DNA of 64,000 nucleotides from Squalus acanthias. Lineage: Eukaryota. The notes beneath the pieces were generated by a model, which worked only from the letters and a program-made list of their open reading frames with translations, had not been told where the DNA came from and ran no database searches. Location of the stretch: positions 141,980,001 to 142,044,000 of the forward strand of contig CM059431.1 of the NCBI GenBank assembly GCA_030390025.1, in the 5' to 3' direction. The position numbers and the translations under genes are program-made. Positions within the stretch are counted from its first letter, which is position 1; every line of letters begins with the position of its first letter. Below, piece by piece: positions 50,946 through 64,000 of the stretch.

Positions 50946-53900
50946 CTACTGCACCATTGAATTATAAAATGGCTGATCTATACATCAATTCTATTTTTCC
51001 ACCTTTACTCTAAATCCCTCAAAGACTTATACATCAAAAATCTATCGATCCCAATACTCAACTGTTTTCTATTGATCTTCTTGATACTCTTCATCACAGT
51101 GGCATTACTGTGTATCCAGAAACTCAGCTCATAATCGTTTACTCACTGCCAGTATTTCCACTTTAGGCTGCAATTCCCTGTCAAAGTTGGCAGTCAATTT
51201 GGGAACTATTATGAAAGGGAAATCTGATCATTTATTTCCGAACATGAACCACACGGAAGACATAAAACAGGATGCAAGTGAACTCAACTCTTGAATTGGA
51301 AAAGGCCATCTTGGCCCAATGAAGATGGTGCGATTCGATTTGTCTCCGCGATTGAGTTCGCCAGTGGTCAGAGAAAGACATAAAGAAAGAACCCTCATTT
51401 GTATCATGATTGGCGATTGCAGGACGGCCCAAAGGGCTTCACAACTAATTCAGTGTGGTCAATTATTTGGGTGGTAAGAACAATAATGGAATCCCTACTA
51501 AAGGAGAAAATGGAAGAACATCTAGAAACCAAAAACATACTAATGAATAGTCAGCATGGATTTCAAAAGGGAAAGTCTTGCTTGACCAACCTCATTGATT
51601 TTTTTGAAGAGGTAACCGAGAGCGTAGACTATGGTACTGCAGTAGATGTAATTTATCTAGATTTTCAAAAGGCCTTCGATAAGATACCCCTTAATAGACT
51701 GATGAACAAGATCAGAGAATACTGAGTCAGGAGACAAGTAGCGGAATTGATAGTTAGCTGGCTTCAAGACAGAAAGCAGAGAGCAGTGGTGAAGGGTAGC
51801 TATTCAAAGTGGCAGAAGGTGGCTAATGGTGTTCCACAAGGATCAGTGCTGGGACCACTGCTGTTCACAATTTATATTAACGACTTAGACTTTGGAATCA
51901 ACAACACAATTTCTGAATTTGCAGATGACACCAAATTGGGGGCTATAGTCAATACAGAGGAGGACTGCAACAAAATAAAGGAGGACATTAATAAACTTGC
52001 AGAATGGGCATATCATTTACAAATGAAGTTCAACACAGATTATGTGAGGTATTGCATTTTGTTAGGAAGAATAGGGAGGTCAATTATTACTTGGATGGTG
52101 CGAGTCAAGTTGGGGTAGAGGAACACAGGGATCTCGGAGTACAAATTAGCAAATCCTAAAAGTTGCGACACAGGTTTGCAAGGCAATAAAAATACAAAAA
52201 ACAAGCACTAGTGTTTAAAGTTGTAGAACTGAAAAGTAGGCAAGTTATGCTAAACCTGTACCGAATCTTGTTTAGACCACACTTACAGTGCGTACAGTTA
52301 TGGTCGCCATATTATAAAAAGGCTATAGAAGTACTGGAGAGGGTGCAGAAAAGATGTACAAGGATGATACCAGAAATGCGAGTGTATACATTTCAGGAAA
52401 GGATGAACAGGCTGGGTCTCCTTCCTCTCGAAAAAAATAAAGCTGAGGGGCAAGCTAATAGATGTCTTTAAAATTATGGAAGGTTTTGATAGAGTGGATA
52501 GATAGAATGTTTCCATTTGTCGGGAAGTGCATAACCAGAGGCGATCAATATAAGATAGTCACCAAGAAATCCAGTAGGAAATTCAGAAGAAACTTCTTTA
52601 CCCAAAGAGTGGTGAGAATCTGGAACTCACTAGCACAGGGAGTGGTTGAGGAGAATAGTATAGATGCATTTAAGAGGAGGCTAGGCAAGCATATGAGGGA
52701 GAAGGGAATAGAGGGTTATGCTGATAGATTTAGATGAGTAAAGACAAGAGGAGGCCCGAGTGGAGCATAAATGTCAGTCTGGACTGGTTGGGCCGATTGG
52801 ACAGTTCTGTGCTGTATATCCTATGTAATCCTATGTAATATTGTAATATGGGAAACACGGCAGCCAGTTTGCGCACAGCAAGCTCCCACAATTAGCTATA
52901 AACAGTTAATCTGTTTTTTAGTGTTGTTGGTTGAGGGATAAATACATGCCCGTACACCGGGGCGTACTCCCCTGCTCTTCTTCCAATAGTTCCATGGATC
53001 ATTTAGGTCCACCTAAGAGAAAGACAGGGCCTCGTTTTAACGTCTTATCCGAAAGACGGAATCGCTGACAGAACAACGCTCCCTCAGCACTGTCAAAGGA
53101 AGTGTTGACCCAGAATATGTGCTCAACTCTGTGCAGTGGGAATTGAACCCACGACCTTCTGACTTAGAGGTCAGAGTGAGGTGAACGATGTCAAGCATAG
53201 GGGCACCTCTGAATCAGAAGGCTTTGGGTTCAAGCCCCTCACCAGGGCCTGGTGCACAAAATCGAGGCCATAACTCCCAGGGCAGTATTGAGGGAGTGCA
53301 GCGCTATCTGTCTTTCAGAAGAGACGTGAAAATTAGAGCCGCGTCTGCCCTCTCAGGAGGACGAGAACGAGCCCATGGCACGATTTTCGAAGCACAGCAG
53401 GCGAGTTCCCCCGGTGTTCGAGCCAATATTGGTCCTTAACCATTATTACTGTAAAACAGATTACCAAATCATTGGCGCATTGCTGTGGTTGGAGCTTGCT
53501 CTGTTGTGGAAATTTAGCTGCCGTGTTTCATACATTACAAGAGTGATTGCAATTCAAAACTGCTTAATTTTCCGTAAAGCGCTTTGGGACGATCTGAAGT
53601 TGTGAAAGTCGCTATATAGAATCGTAGAAAAGTACTGCATAGAAGGAGGCTATTCGGCCCATCGCGTCTGCGCTTGCTCTTTCAAAGAGCAATCCAGTTA
53701 GTTCCACTCCCCCAACCTTTCCCCATTTCCCTTCATTTTATCTTTTTCAAGTATTTATCTAATTCCATTTTGAAGGTTACTATTGAATCTCTATCCATCA
53801 CCCTATCAGACATTGCATTCCCAATCCTAACCACTCGCTGTGTAAAAAAGTTTTCCCTCATGTGGCCTCTGGTTATTTTGCCAATCACCGTAAATCTGTG

Positions 53901-55475
53901 ACCACTCGTTGTGAAAAATTCAGTCATTGGAAACAATTTCGCTTTATTCACTCTATATAAACCTTTCATGATTTTAAACATCTCCATCAAATCTCCTCTG
54001 CTTCAAGGAGAACAACCCCAGCTTCTCTAGTCTATACCGATAACTGTAATCCCTCATCCCTGGAACCATTCTAGTAAAGCTCTTCTGTACCCTGTAGAAG
54101 CCTTCACGGCCTTCCTAAAGTGTGGTGTCCAGAATTGGAAACATTACTCCAGCTGGGGTGGAACTAGTGTTTTTACAAGTTTAGCATAACTTCCTGGCTT
54201 TGGCAGTCAATGCCTCTATTTATAAAGCCCAGGATCCCATATCCTTTATTAACTACTTTGCTAACTTGTCCAGCCAATGTCATACATTTATTAAACAAAC
54301 ACCCCCGGTCTCTCTGTTCTTTCACCCCTTTTAAAATTGTACCATTTAGCAGGCATTGTCCCTGCTCATTCTTAGTACCAAAATGTATCACCTCACACTT
54401 CTCTGTGTTGAATTTCATTTCAGATGTGTCCGTCATTCCACCGGCCTGTCTATGACTTTTTGAAGTCGATTGCTATCTTCCTTACTTTTTACTGCGCTTC
54501 TACGTTTCGTGCCAGCAGCAAATTTCGAAATGGTGCCCCTTACCCACAAGTGCAAGTCATTAATGTATATCACAAACAGCAGTGGTCCGAGTACTGAGCC
54601 CCGGGGTACGTCACTATGTACCTCCATCTTTCTTTTCTTCTTATTTCAACATTTAATTGTTAGTCCACAATATCACCAAGAGTCTCCCACTGAAGTAATA
54701 GGCTATTGTCACGTCGCAGTTTCAATTCCATCTAAACAGTTCACCAAGATGATTTTTCTGCAAAGCAAAGCAGAATCTGCACGTACACATGTGGTTTCAC
54801 AACAGTTCCGCTTTGACATCTTTCACAGCTTTCGTCAAATTGTCATAGCTAGTTACATTAATGCCCAAATTCAGTCTTTGGTCTCATGCACATTATCAGT
54901 ATTTCCATCTGATGTGGCAATTCTCTTCGCAACCGGGAGATATTGATCAACAAGATTCTAATGAACATATAGATGGAATGCGGTTAGGAAGTTCATTGAC
55001 CACCATGTGTCCCCTCATCAGGGAACCCTGTGACTGAGCAGATACAAGCCCACCATTCTCCTTCAAGATGGGTGGGAGGAGGCTGATGTGGAGCTTGAAC
55101 ACCGCGTGCACCAGTTATGGAAAATTTTCTGTTACTGTGCTGCACATTCAATGTTACCCTGTTTCTATTCCATACTGCTGATGATAGTATATTAATTGTC
55201 GAATGTGTTCCCAAGTTAACTGTTAAGTTTTGCAAAGAAGCAGAGAAATGTGGCATTTCGATTGGAGGTACCCCAGCTGATGAATATAAGATCAGTTTGC
55301 AATTGCAGAGGAGCATAGCTCTTTATGGTAAATGGTGACCGGACATCTGAGTGGATTTTATTTCCAATAACTACCTCATCCGTTAAGCTGCTCAACACCA
55401 AGGGCCTGTTAAAAAAAGAAAGAACGACTGTTTCTCTCCTTGATGTAGGTGGACAAAGCATACTCATTAAAACTG

Positions 55476-56835
55476 TTAGGAACACAGGCAAAGGAGGAGG
55501 CTATTCTGCAGCTCGAGCCTGTTACATAGGAACAGGAGGAGGTTATTATGCAGCTCCAGTCTTTTACATAGTAACAGGAGGAGGCTATTATTCAGATCGA
55601 TCCTGTTACATAGGCAAAGGAGGAGGCGATTCTGCAGCTTGAGTCTATTACATATTAGCAGGAGGAGGCTATTCTGCATCTCGAGCCTGTTACATAGGAA
55701 CAGGAGGAGGCCATTCTGCAGCTTGAGTCTTTTACATAGAAACAGGAGCAGGCTATTCTGCAACTCGATCCTTTTACATAGGCACAGGAGAAGGCGATTC
55801 TGCAGCTCGAACCTGTTACGTAGGAACAGGAGGAGGCTATTCTGGAGCTCGAGCCAGTTACATAGAAACATGAGGAGGTTATTATGCCGCTCGAGCCTGT
55901 TACATAGAATCATGAGGAGGCTATTCTGCAGCTCGAGTCTGTTACACAGGAACATGGGTAGGCTATTCTGCAGCTCGAGTCTGTTACATTGGAAGATAAG
56001 GAGGCTATGCTGCAGCTCGAGTCTGTTACATAGGAACAGGAGGAGGCTATTCTGCAGCTCTAGTCTGTTACATAGGCTGAGGAGGAGGCTATTCTGCAGC
56101 TCGAGTCTTTTACATAGGAACATGAGGAAGCTATTCATCAGTTCGAGTATGTTATATTGGAACAAGAGGAGGCTATTCTGCAGCTCGAGCATGTTGCATA
56201 GGCACAGGAGGAATCTATTTTACAGCTCGAGTCTGTTACATAGGACCAGGAGAGGCTATTCTGCAGTTCGAGCCTGTTACATAGGAACAGGAGGAGGTGA
56301 TTCTGCAGCTCGGGCCTGTTACTTAGGAACAGGAGGAGGCTATTTTGCAGCTCGTTTCTGTTACATAGGCACGGGAGGAGGCTATTCTGTCCTCTATGCT
56401 GTTACACAGGCACAGGAGGAGGTCATTCTTCAGCTCGAGGCTGTTACACAGGCACAGGAAAGGAATAGGTTTACCAGGCCCTCGGTAATGTTAAATAGGT
56501 ACAGGAGGAGTCTGTTCATACATTCTAGCCTTTTACATAGGAAAAGGATTATTCCATTCATTCCCTCGATCCTGCTAAATATGAACCAGACAAGGAGTTT
56601 CTTCTCCCCCGAGTCCGCTACATAGCAATATGAGGAGGCCTTTCATCCCCTCGAGCCTGTTTCATCGGAATAGGAAAAGTCCACTCAGTCCCTCGAGCCT
56701 TTTATAAAGGAACAGGAGGAGGCAATTCAACCACTCGAGCCTTTTACGTCGTAACAGGACGTGGCCAATGAACCCCTCGAGCCTGTTGTTTAGGAACCAA
56801 TGGAGACCATTCAGTGCCTCTTCACATTACATAGG
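55476..56835. repeat. 42-bp minisatellite, independently varied copy
   Basis: Same unit with GGAACAGG variant predominating. Confidence 0.95.
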
Positions 56836-57559
56836 AAGATTATCCTTCGATAACCTTACCCACCAAAAATCTATCGATTTCAACACACAACAGTCCCCCA
56901 ATCTCATACTCATTCTCAGTATTTCCATTTAAGGCAGCAATTCCCTGTCAACTTTGACGGATACTTTGGGAGCTATTATGAGAGGGAAGACTGATCATTT
57001 CATTCCGTGCATTAGTCACATGGAAGAGACCAAACAAGATGTGAATTAATCTAACTCTTGAATTGGATAAGGCCACCTTGGCCCAATCAGATTAGTGGGA
57101 TTGGGTTTGTCTCCGTGATTTGGTGCACCTGTGGTGTGAAAGATGTAAAGAAAGAATTGCCATTGATATCTCGTCATTCCCGATCTCAGGGTGTCCCAAA
57201 GCGCTTTACTCAATGAAGTGATTTTTTTTTTTTGGAGATGTTCAATTTTGTAATGTAAGAATCGGGCCAGCCGGTTTGCTCAGAGTAAGCACCCACTACA
57301 TGATAATAACTCGTTAATCTGTTTTTAATGATGCTGGCCTGCTGACTTACAGGCAAGAGTTCTACAACTGAGCCATGGCTGAGTCCTATGGCTTGCATTC
57401 CATGGAGTTGTTCACTACAATGTTGTTTATCTGTATTTCCCCATTGAGGAGAGAATTTTATCATCAGATGGAAATAGTGAAGATGAGCTTGAGATCAAGG
57501 GCTGAATTTGGGATCTAACGTGACTAGATATGGTTCCTTAATGATACCAAATATTTCAA

Positions 57560-57895
57560 AATTAGGGAGTGCTTCACTGTCTGCGGTTCTGTCTTTCAGA
57601 TGAGAAGTTAAACCGAGGTCCCGTCTGCCCTCACAGGTGGACGTCAAAGATCGCATGGCATTATTTTCTAAGAAGAGTAGATCAGTTCTCCCCGGTGTCT
57701 TGGCCAATATTGATCCATCAATCAACATCACTGATAAACAGTTGATCTGATAATTGTCATATTGCTGTAGTAGGATGTTGCTGTGCGACACTGGGCTGTC
57801 TTGTTGCCTACATTAAAACAGTGACTGCATTTGAAAAGTGCTAACACGCTTTGGGACTTCCTGAGGTTGTGAAAGGCGCTCTCTAAATTCGAGTC
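57560..57895 (+). mobile_element. SacSINE1-like SINE lacking its head
   Basis: TCTTTCAGATGAGAAGTTAAACCGAGGTCCCGTCTGCCC Deu domain. Confidence 0.8.
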
Positions 57896-58284
57896 CTTAT
57901 TTTCTTCTTATTTCGATATTTAATTGTTAGTATAGAGTATCACCAACACTCTTCCACTGTAATGATAACTTAATCTTGTCACTCTCCGTTTCAATTCCAT
58001 CTAAGCAGTTCATCAAGATTGTTTTGTTTTGCAAAGAAAAGCGAATTCTGCACGTATACATGAGGCTTCAGAACAGTTCCTCCTTTACATCTTCCATAGC
58101 ATTCGTCAAATTGTCATGACTAGTTACATTATTCCCCAAATGCAGCCTTTGATCTCATGCACATTGTCTGAATTTCCATCTCATTGTGCAATTCCCTTCT
58201 CAGACGGGACATATTGATCAATAAGATAATAATAAACAAATCGGTTTAATGCGTTTAGGATGTGCATTGACCAACGTGTGACAA

Positions 58285-59330
58285 TTTTTTATTATTTATT
58301 CATGGGATGTGAGCGTCTCTGGTAGGTCCAGCATTTATTGCCCATCCCTAATTGCTCTTGAGAAGGTGGTGGTGAGCCACCTTCTTGATCCGCTGCAGTC
58401 CGTGTGGTGAAGGTTCTTCCATAGTGCTATTAGAGAGGGGTTCCAGGAATTTGACCCATCGACAATGAAGGAACGGCGATACATTTTCAAGTCAGAATGG
58501 TGTGTGACTTGGAGAAGAACTTAAAGGTGTTGCTGTCCCCATGTGCTTGCTGCTCTTGTCATTCAAGGTGGTAGAGGTTGCGGGTTTGGAAGGTGCTATT
58601 AAAGAATCCTTGGCGAGTTGCTGCATTGCATCTTGTAAATGGAACACACTGCAGCCACGGTACGCCGGTGGTGGAGGGAGTGAATGTTTAAGGTGGTGGA
58701 TGGGGTGCCAATCAAGCGGGCTGCTTTATCCTGGATGGGATCGAGCATCTTGAGTGTTGTTGGAGCTGCACTCATCCAGGCAAGGAGAGAGTATTCCATC
58801 CCACTCCGGACTTGCGCCTTGTAAATGGTGGCAAGGGTTTGGGGAGTGAGGATGTGAGTCAGCCCCCGCAGAATCCCCAAACTTTGACCTGCTTATGTAG
58901 CCACTGTATTTATCAGGCAGGTCCAGTTCTGGTTAATAGTAACCCTTATGATGTTGATGGTGGGGATCTACGATGGTAATGCCGCTGAATGTCAAGTGGC
59001 GATGGTTAGACGCTCTCTTGTTGGAGATGTTCATTGCCTGGCAGTTATGTGGCGCGAATATTACTTGCCACTTATGATCCCAAGACTGTATATTATCCAG
59101 GTCTTGCTGCATGTCGGCGCGGACTTCTTCATTATCTGAGGAGTTGCGAATGGAACTGAACACGGTGAACATTCCTACTTCTGACCTTATGTTGGAGGGA
59201 AGTTCATTGATGAAGCAGCTGTAGATGTTTGGCCCTAGGACACTGCCCTGAGGAAGTCCTGCAGTGATGGTCTGGGCCGAAATGATAGGCCTTCAAAAAC
59301 AACAATCACCTTCCTTTATGCGAGGAACAC
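58285..59330 (-). mobile_element. CR1/L2-clade LINE 3' fragment
   Basis: ORF 58599-58880 YKAQVRSGMEY...IQDKAARLIG. Confidence 0.9.
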
Positions 59331-59334
59331 TTAG

Positions 59335-59790
59335 TAACATAGGAACAGGCGAAGGCCATTCAGGCCCTCGATCCTGTTACATAGGAACAGGAGGACCCAT
59401 TAGACCCTCCATCCTGTTACATAGGAACTAGAGGAGCCCATTCAGACCCTCCATCCTGTTACATAGGGACAGCAGGACTATTCAGACGCGCCATACTGTT
59501 ACATAGGGACAGCAGGAGGCCAGTTATACCCTTCTAACTGTTACATAGAGACAGGAGGAGCTCAATCAGGCCCTCGATCCTGCTACATAGGGACAGCGGG
59601 AGGCTATTCAGAACCTCCATACTGTTACATAGGAACTGGAGAATGACTTTCTGCCCCTCGAGCCTATTACATAGCAAGAGGAGGAGGCCATTTAGTCCAC
59701 CAATCAATTAGATAGCTGCTGATCTGTACGTCATTTCCATATTCCCAACTTTACTACAAAACCCTCGATACCCAACAAAAATGTATCTAT
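59335..59790. repeat. 42-bp-family minisatellite, fourth copy
   Basis: GTTACATAGGAACAGG units followed by CR1 3' UTR remnant. Confidence 0.85.
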
Positions 59791-60337
59791 TTCAATACCC
59801 AACAGCCCTCCCATTGACATATTTGGTACTCTTCATCAAAGTTTCATAACTGTGTCCATGTGTACAGAAATTCAGCCCACAATCTCATACTGATGCTCAG
59901 TATTTCAATTTACGGCTGCATTCCTGTCAACATTGACGATCACTTTGGGCCAGTTCAGCTGACATCCGAATCCGCTCCCGAGATCCCCCTCGCCAATTAA
60001 ACCGATGAGATTAAATGTAAAATTCCATCGATTGCTCCCTGGGGCCGCTGTAGTAACTCATCAAATTGGCTCGGTGCATCACATGGTCCCAGCCTCATGT
60101 CGGGATGGTTTCAGCGCTTCACACTGCAATGGAATGTGTGTTTGGATGTATGTAAGGGAATCCGCTTCTTTATTGTTTCTCGAATATCAACAAGTTATAG
60201 AAACATCCAAGGTTTCGCTTTAAGGGACTTTTATCTGTAACTGCACCGTTTCTGCGAGGTACTCCGGCTTGACCTGGACCGCACAGTTACAGTGTGAATG
60301 GAGACTCAGTCCAGTGTCAGGGTCGATAGCGATTGAA

Positions 60338-61614
60338 ATGACAATCGGGGAGATGTATGACGGACGGTTGATCTGGTGTCGCAGGATTTACTTTATCTCA
60401 CAAAGTTAATATCCTCCTATATCATTGCCTGGGTGTCTGTAGTGGTGGGGATCGCTCTCCGTCTCCATTCCCGGTACTGAATCCGAGCGACACTCCTCCC
60501 CGCGCCGCCTTGACAACGTCTGAATGAAGTATGCTGTTCGAAAGGTCATTCTCATTCCCTCTATAGTGAGTGTAGAATGATGCATTTCTTTTGAACAAAA
60601 TGTCGACAACGCTCAACTATATTAAAAATAATAGGAACACATCTCAGTATTTCCCCACAATAAGCTGTTAAATTTATCCGAGTGTCCCCGTTACTGTCCT
60701 CTTTTCTCTCTTTCTCACAGCGAAACTACTGACAGTGGTGATTCTCTCCGGAGGAAACTGCGGCCTTTCCAAGTGTATCTCTGTCTGCATGGTGACCATG
60801 GCAACAGCAGATCTACTGGTCCTGACCCTCAATGTAATAGTGTATCACATTTGTACAAATCACTTTCCATATTCCTTCCTGTCCTACACTGCCGTTTCTA
60901 AGATCATTATTTACATCAATTCTATCAGCCGGGATATGTCGGTGTGGTTTACAATCCTGTTCACGTTTGACCGATTTCTAGCCTTATGTTGTCAGAAGAA
61001 CAAAACAAATTATTGCTGAGTGAGAACTGCGGCTGTGGCCATAATAACGGTCGCTGTCCAAATCTATTTACAAAACATTCCAGGTTTGATTGTCTATAAA
61101 CCTGATGGAATAATTAACAATAGTCATTGGGGTTGTTACCCCAGACTGGACTATTTTTCAGCGCCTGTAGGTGTCGGGTTACAAGGTTTTTTAAACGATG
61201 AGGATTCCATTTGTTTTGATATTACTGTTTAATTCTTTGACAGTTAGACTTATTTTAGTGGCCAGTGGAGCCAGCTGGGGCCTTAGCGGTCACAGCAGTG
61301 AGAATCAGAGCGATCCAGAGTTTGAGAACAGAAGGAAATCAATTATTTTACTGTTCACTGTTTCGGGCAGTTTAATAGTGTTCTGACTGACAACTGTCTG
61401 TAGTTTTTGAACTACCAAACTGACAAACCCGCGCATTACCGAGGGGATTATGGAGCTCCTGCCTACATCGCCACTGAAACCGGATATATGCTCTTGAGTT
61501 CCTGTTTAAATAACGTGTATTTATTCAGCTACACAAAACAAATTCAGCGAAGAGCTGGAGAAGGTGGTGAAATCTCCTTCCACATTGATTCTGATATTGG
61601 TTAAACAAATGTAA
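60338..61614 (+). pseudogene. GPR139/GPR142-like class A GPCR pseudogene (exon 1 ~60338-60444 tentative, exon 2 60721-61614)
   Basis: Acceptor TTTCTCACAG| then (A)KLLTVVILSGGNCGLSKCIS..MATADLLV, TFDRF, PFVLILLFN, DPEFENRRKS, LSSCLN. Stops at 61017 and 61384 plus several frameshifts. Confidence 0.88.
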
Positions 61615-62194
61615 CATTAAAGCAAAGCTTCCTTTCCTTGCTAAAGTTCAATTGCAGCCGATGTTCCGTTTTGGAATGGCCGTCTTTCTGTTAGGACGAA
61701 AGCCAATTGTTGTTGTGAAAATGAACAGGTATCAGAAAAAAATCCTTCACTTTGTACCGTGTAAGAACATAAGAAATAGGGCTGGCGCAGTTCAATCTGG
61801 AGGTAACGAATGCATTGGTATGTGTTTCAGCAGCAGATGAGTTGAGGCAAGGGCGGAGACGGCCAATATTCTGGAGTGGAAGCAGGCGATCTTGTTAATG
61901 GTGAAGATAGGGGGTTGGAATCTCAGTTAAGGATCAAATAGTCCGTCGATTGGAACTTACGTCCCTTCAAAGTCTGTCCATCACCCAATGCACACAATAA
62001 CATAGTTAACGCGGCAAAGGTCTGCTAAAATAATAGTACGCTTCTGACCATTCACAGTCTGTCCCTCTTCCACTGATATGCAATGTCCAATTTCCCATTT
62101 CTGACGAACGTAAGCACCACTGACTCTGAATGATTGATCCACTAGAACTCTACTGTCTTATAATCAGGATTATGTGTGGATTTGTAATGAACCT

Positions 62195-64000
62195 AAGAGC
62201 ATAAGAAATAGGAGCAGGAGGAGGCCTTTTCATCCTTCGAGCCTGCTCTGCCATTCAATGAGTTCATGGTTGTTCTTCTACCTCATCTCCACTTTCATGC
62301 TATAACCCTATATCCCTTGATGCCATTAATATTCAAAAATCTATCGACCTCTGTCTTAAATATACTCAACTACTGAGCCTCTATAGCTCTCTGGGGTAGA
62401 GAATTCCAAAGATTCACCACCCTCTGAGAGAAGAAATGTCTCCTCATCTCAGTCCTAAATGGCCGACCCCTTATTCTGAGAATGTGCCGACTGGTTCTAT
62501 CCTCCCCAGCCAGGGGAAACATCCTCCCTGCATCTACCCTGTCAAGCTCTGTAGGAATTTTGTATCTTTCAATGAGATCACCTCTCAGTCTTCTAAACTT
62601 GAGAGAATATAGGGCTAGTCTACGCAATCTGTTCTCATAGGACAATCCCCCCATCCCAGGAACCAGTCTGGTGAACCTTCGATGCACTATGGCAAGTATA
62701 TCCTTCCTTAGATAAGCTGACCAAAACTGTACACAATGCGCAGGTGTCTTCTCACCAGGGCCCTATATAATTGAATTAAGATGCCTTCACACTTAGAATC
62801 AAATCCTCTTGTAATAAAGGCCAACATACCATTTGCTTTCCTAATTGCTTGCTGTATTTGCATGTTAACTTTCAGTAGTTCGTGTACAAGGACACCCATG
62901 TCGCTCTGAAGAACAGCAACATTTCCCAATCTCTCACCATTTAAAAAAATATTCTGCTTTTCTGATTTACTACAAAAGTGGATAACATCACATTTCTCCA
63001 CGTTATATTCAATTTGCCAAGTTCTTGCCCAGTCACTTAACCTGTCTATATCCCCTTGAATCCGCCTTGCATCCTCCTCAGAACTTACATTCCCACTCAG
63101 CTTTGTATCATCAGCAAATTTGGATCCATTACATTTGCCCCCTCATGCAAATCATTGATGTAGATTGTTAATAGCTGAGGCCCAAGCACTGATCCTTGCA
63201 GTACTCCACTAGTTACAGCCTGCCAACCCGAAAAGGACCCGTTTATTCCTGCTCCCTGTTTTACATCCTTTAACCAATCCTCAATCCATGCTAATATATT
63301 ACCACCAACCCCATGAGTGCTAATTTTGTTTAATAACCTCTTGTGTGGCACCTTATTGAATGCCTTATAAAAGTCCAAATATATCGCACCCACTGGACCC
63401 CCCTTATCTATTCTGTTAGTTACAACCTCAAAAATCATTAATAGACTTGTCAAACATGATTTCCCTTTCATAAATCCGTGCTGACTCTTCCCAATCCTAT
63501 TATTATTTTCTAAGTGTCCTGTTACCACGACCTTGATAATAGATTCTAGCATTTCCCCTAATCCGGATGTCAGCGTAACTGGTCTGTTTATCCCCATTTT
63601 CTCTCTCCCTCCTTTCTTAAATAGTAGGTTACATTTACTACCTTCCAATCTGTGGAAATCTTTCTAGAATCTATGGAATTTCTGGAAAATGACAACCAAT
63701 GCACCCACTATCTCTATAGCCAGCGCTTTCTAAAGCCTAGTATATAGGCCATCAGGTCCATGGGATTTATTGGCTTTCAGTCCCATTAATTTCTCCATTG
63801 CTACTTTTTTTACTAATACTAATATCTTTCCGTTCCTTATTCTGGCTGGACGCTTGCCTGTGCACTATTTCCGGTAATTTATAGTTTCTTCTTCCGTGAA
63901 GACAGGTACAAAGTATTTGTTTAAATTCCCTGCCATTTCATTACTCCCCATTATAATTCTCCTGTCTCAGACTGTAAGGGACCCACATTTACTTTCGCTA
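62195..64000 (-). mobile_element. CR1 LINE running off the window
   Basis: RT ORFs 63097-63648, 62708-63001, 62370-62687; antisense tail at 62195. Confidence 0.95.

Overview
Eukaryotic, repeat-dominated genomic DNA, most likely from a cartilaginous fish (inferred from shark-type CR1 LINEs, SacSINE1-like DeuSINEs, Penelope elements and a GPR139-like receptor). Left two thirds: a ~32.8-kb-period tandem segmental duplication (1-7853 matches 32844-41480) carrying a minus-strand pyrin-domain (PYD) gene. I infer its exons as a 12-nt MALK exon, a PYD exon and a 142-nt linker exon. The right-hand copy appears truncated after the linker exon at a 14-bp satellite, and that exon is phase-compatible with the PYD exon of the left-hand copy. 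The locus could therefore yield a PYD-only decoy or a tandem-PYD fusion. Introns and spacers hold nested CR1s, a young Penelope insertion that copied nearby DNA, a MITE and LINE-derived minisatellites. Right third: a probable solo LTR, a four-fold repeated unit with a 42-bp CR1-tail-derived minisatellite and a 5.7-kb duplication, then a two-exon GPR139/142-like pseudogene and a CR1. All alignments were done by eye, so repeat boundaries are approximate.
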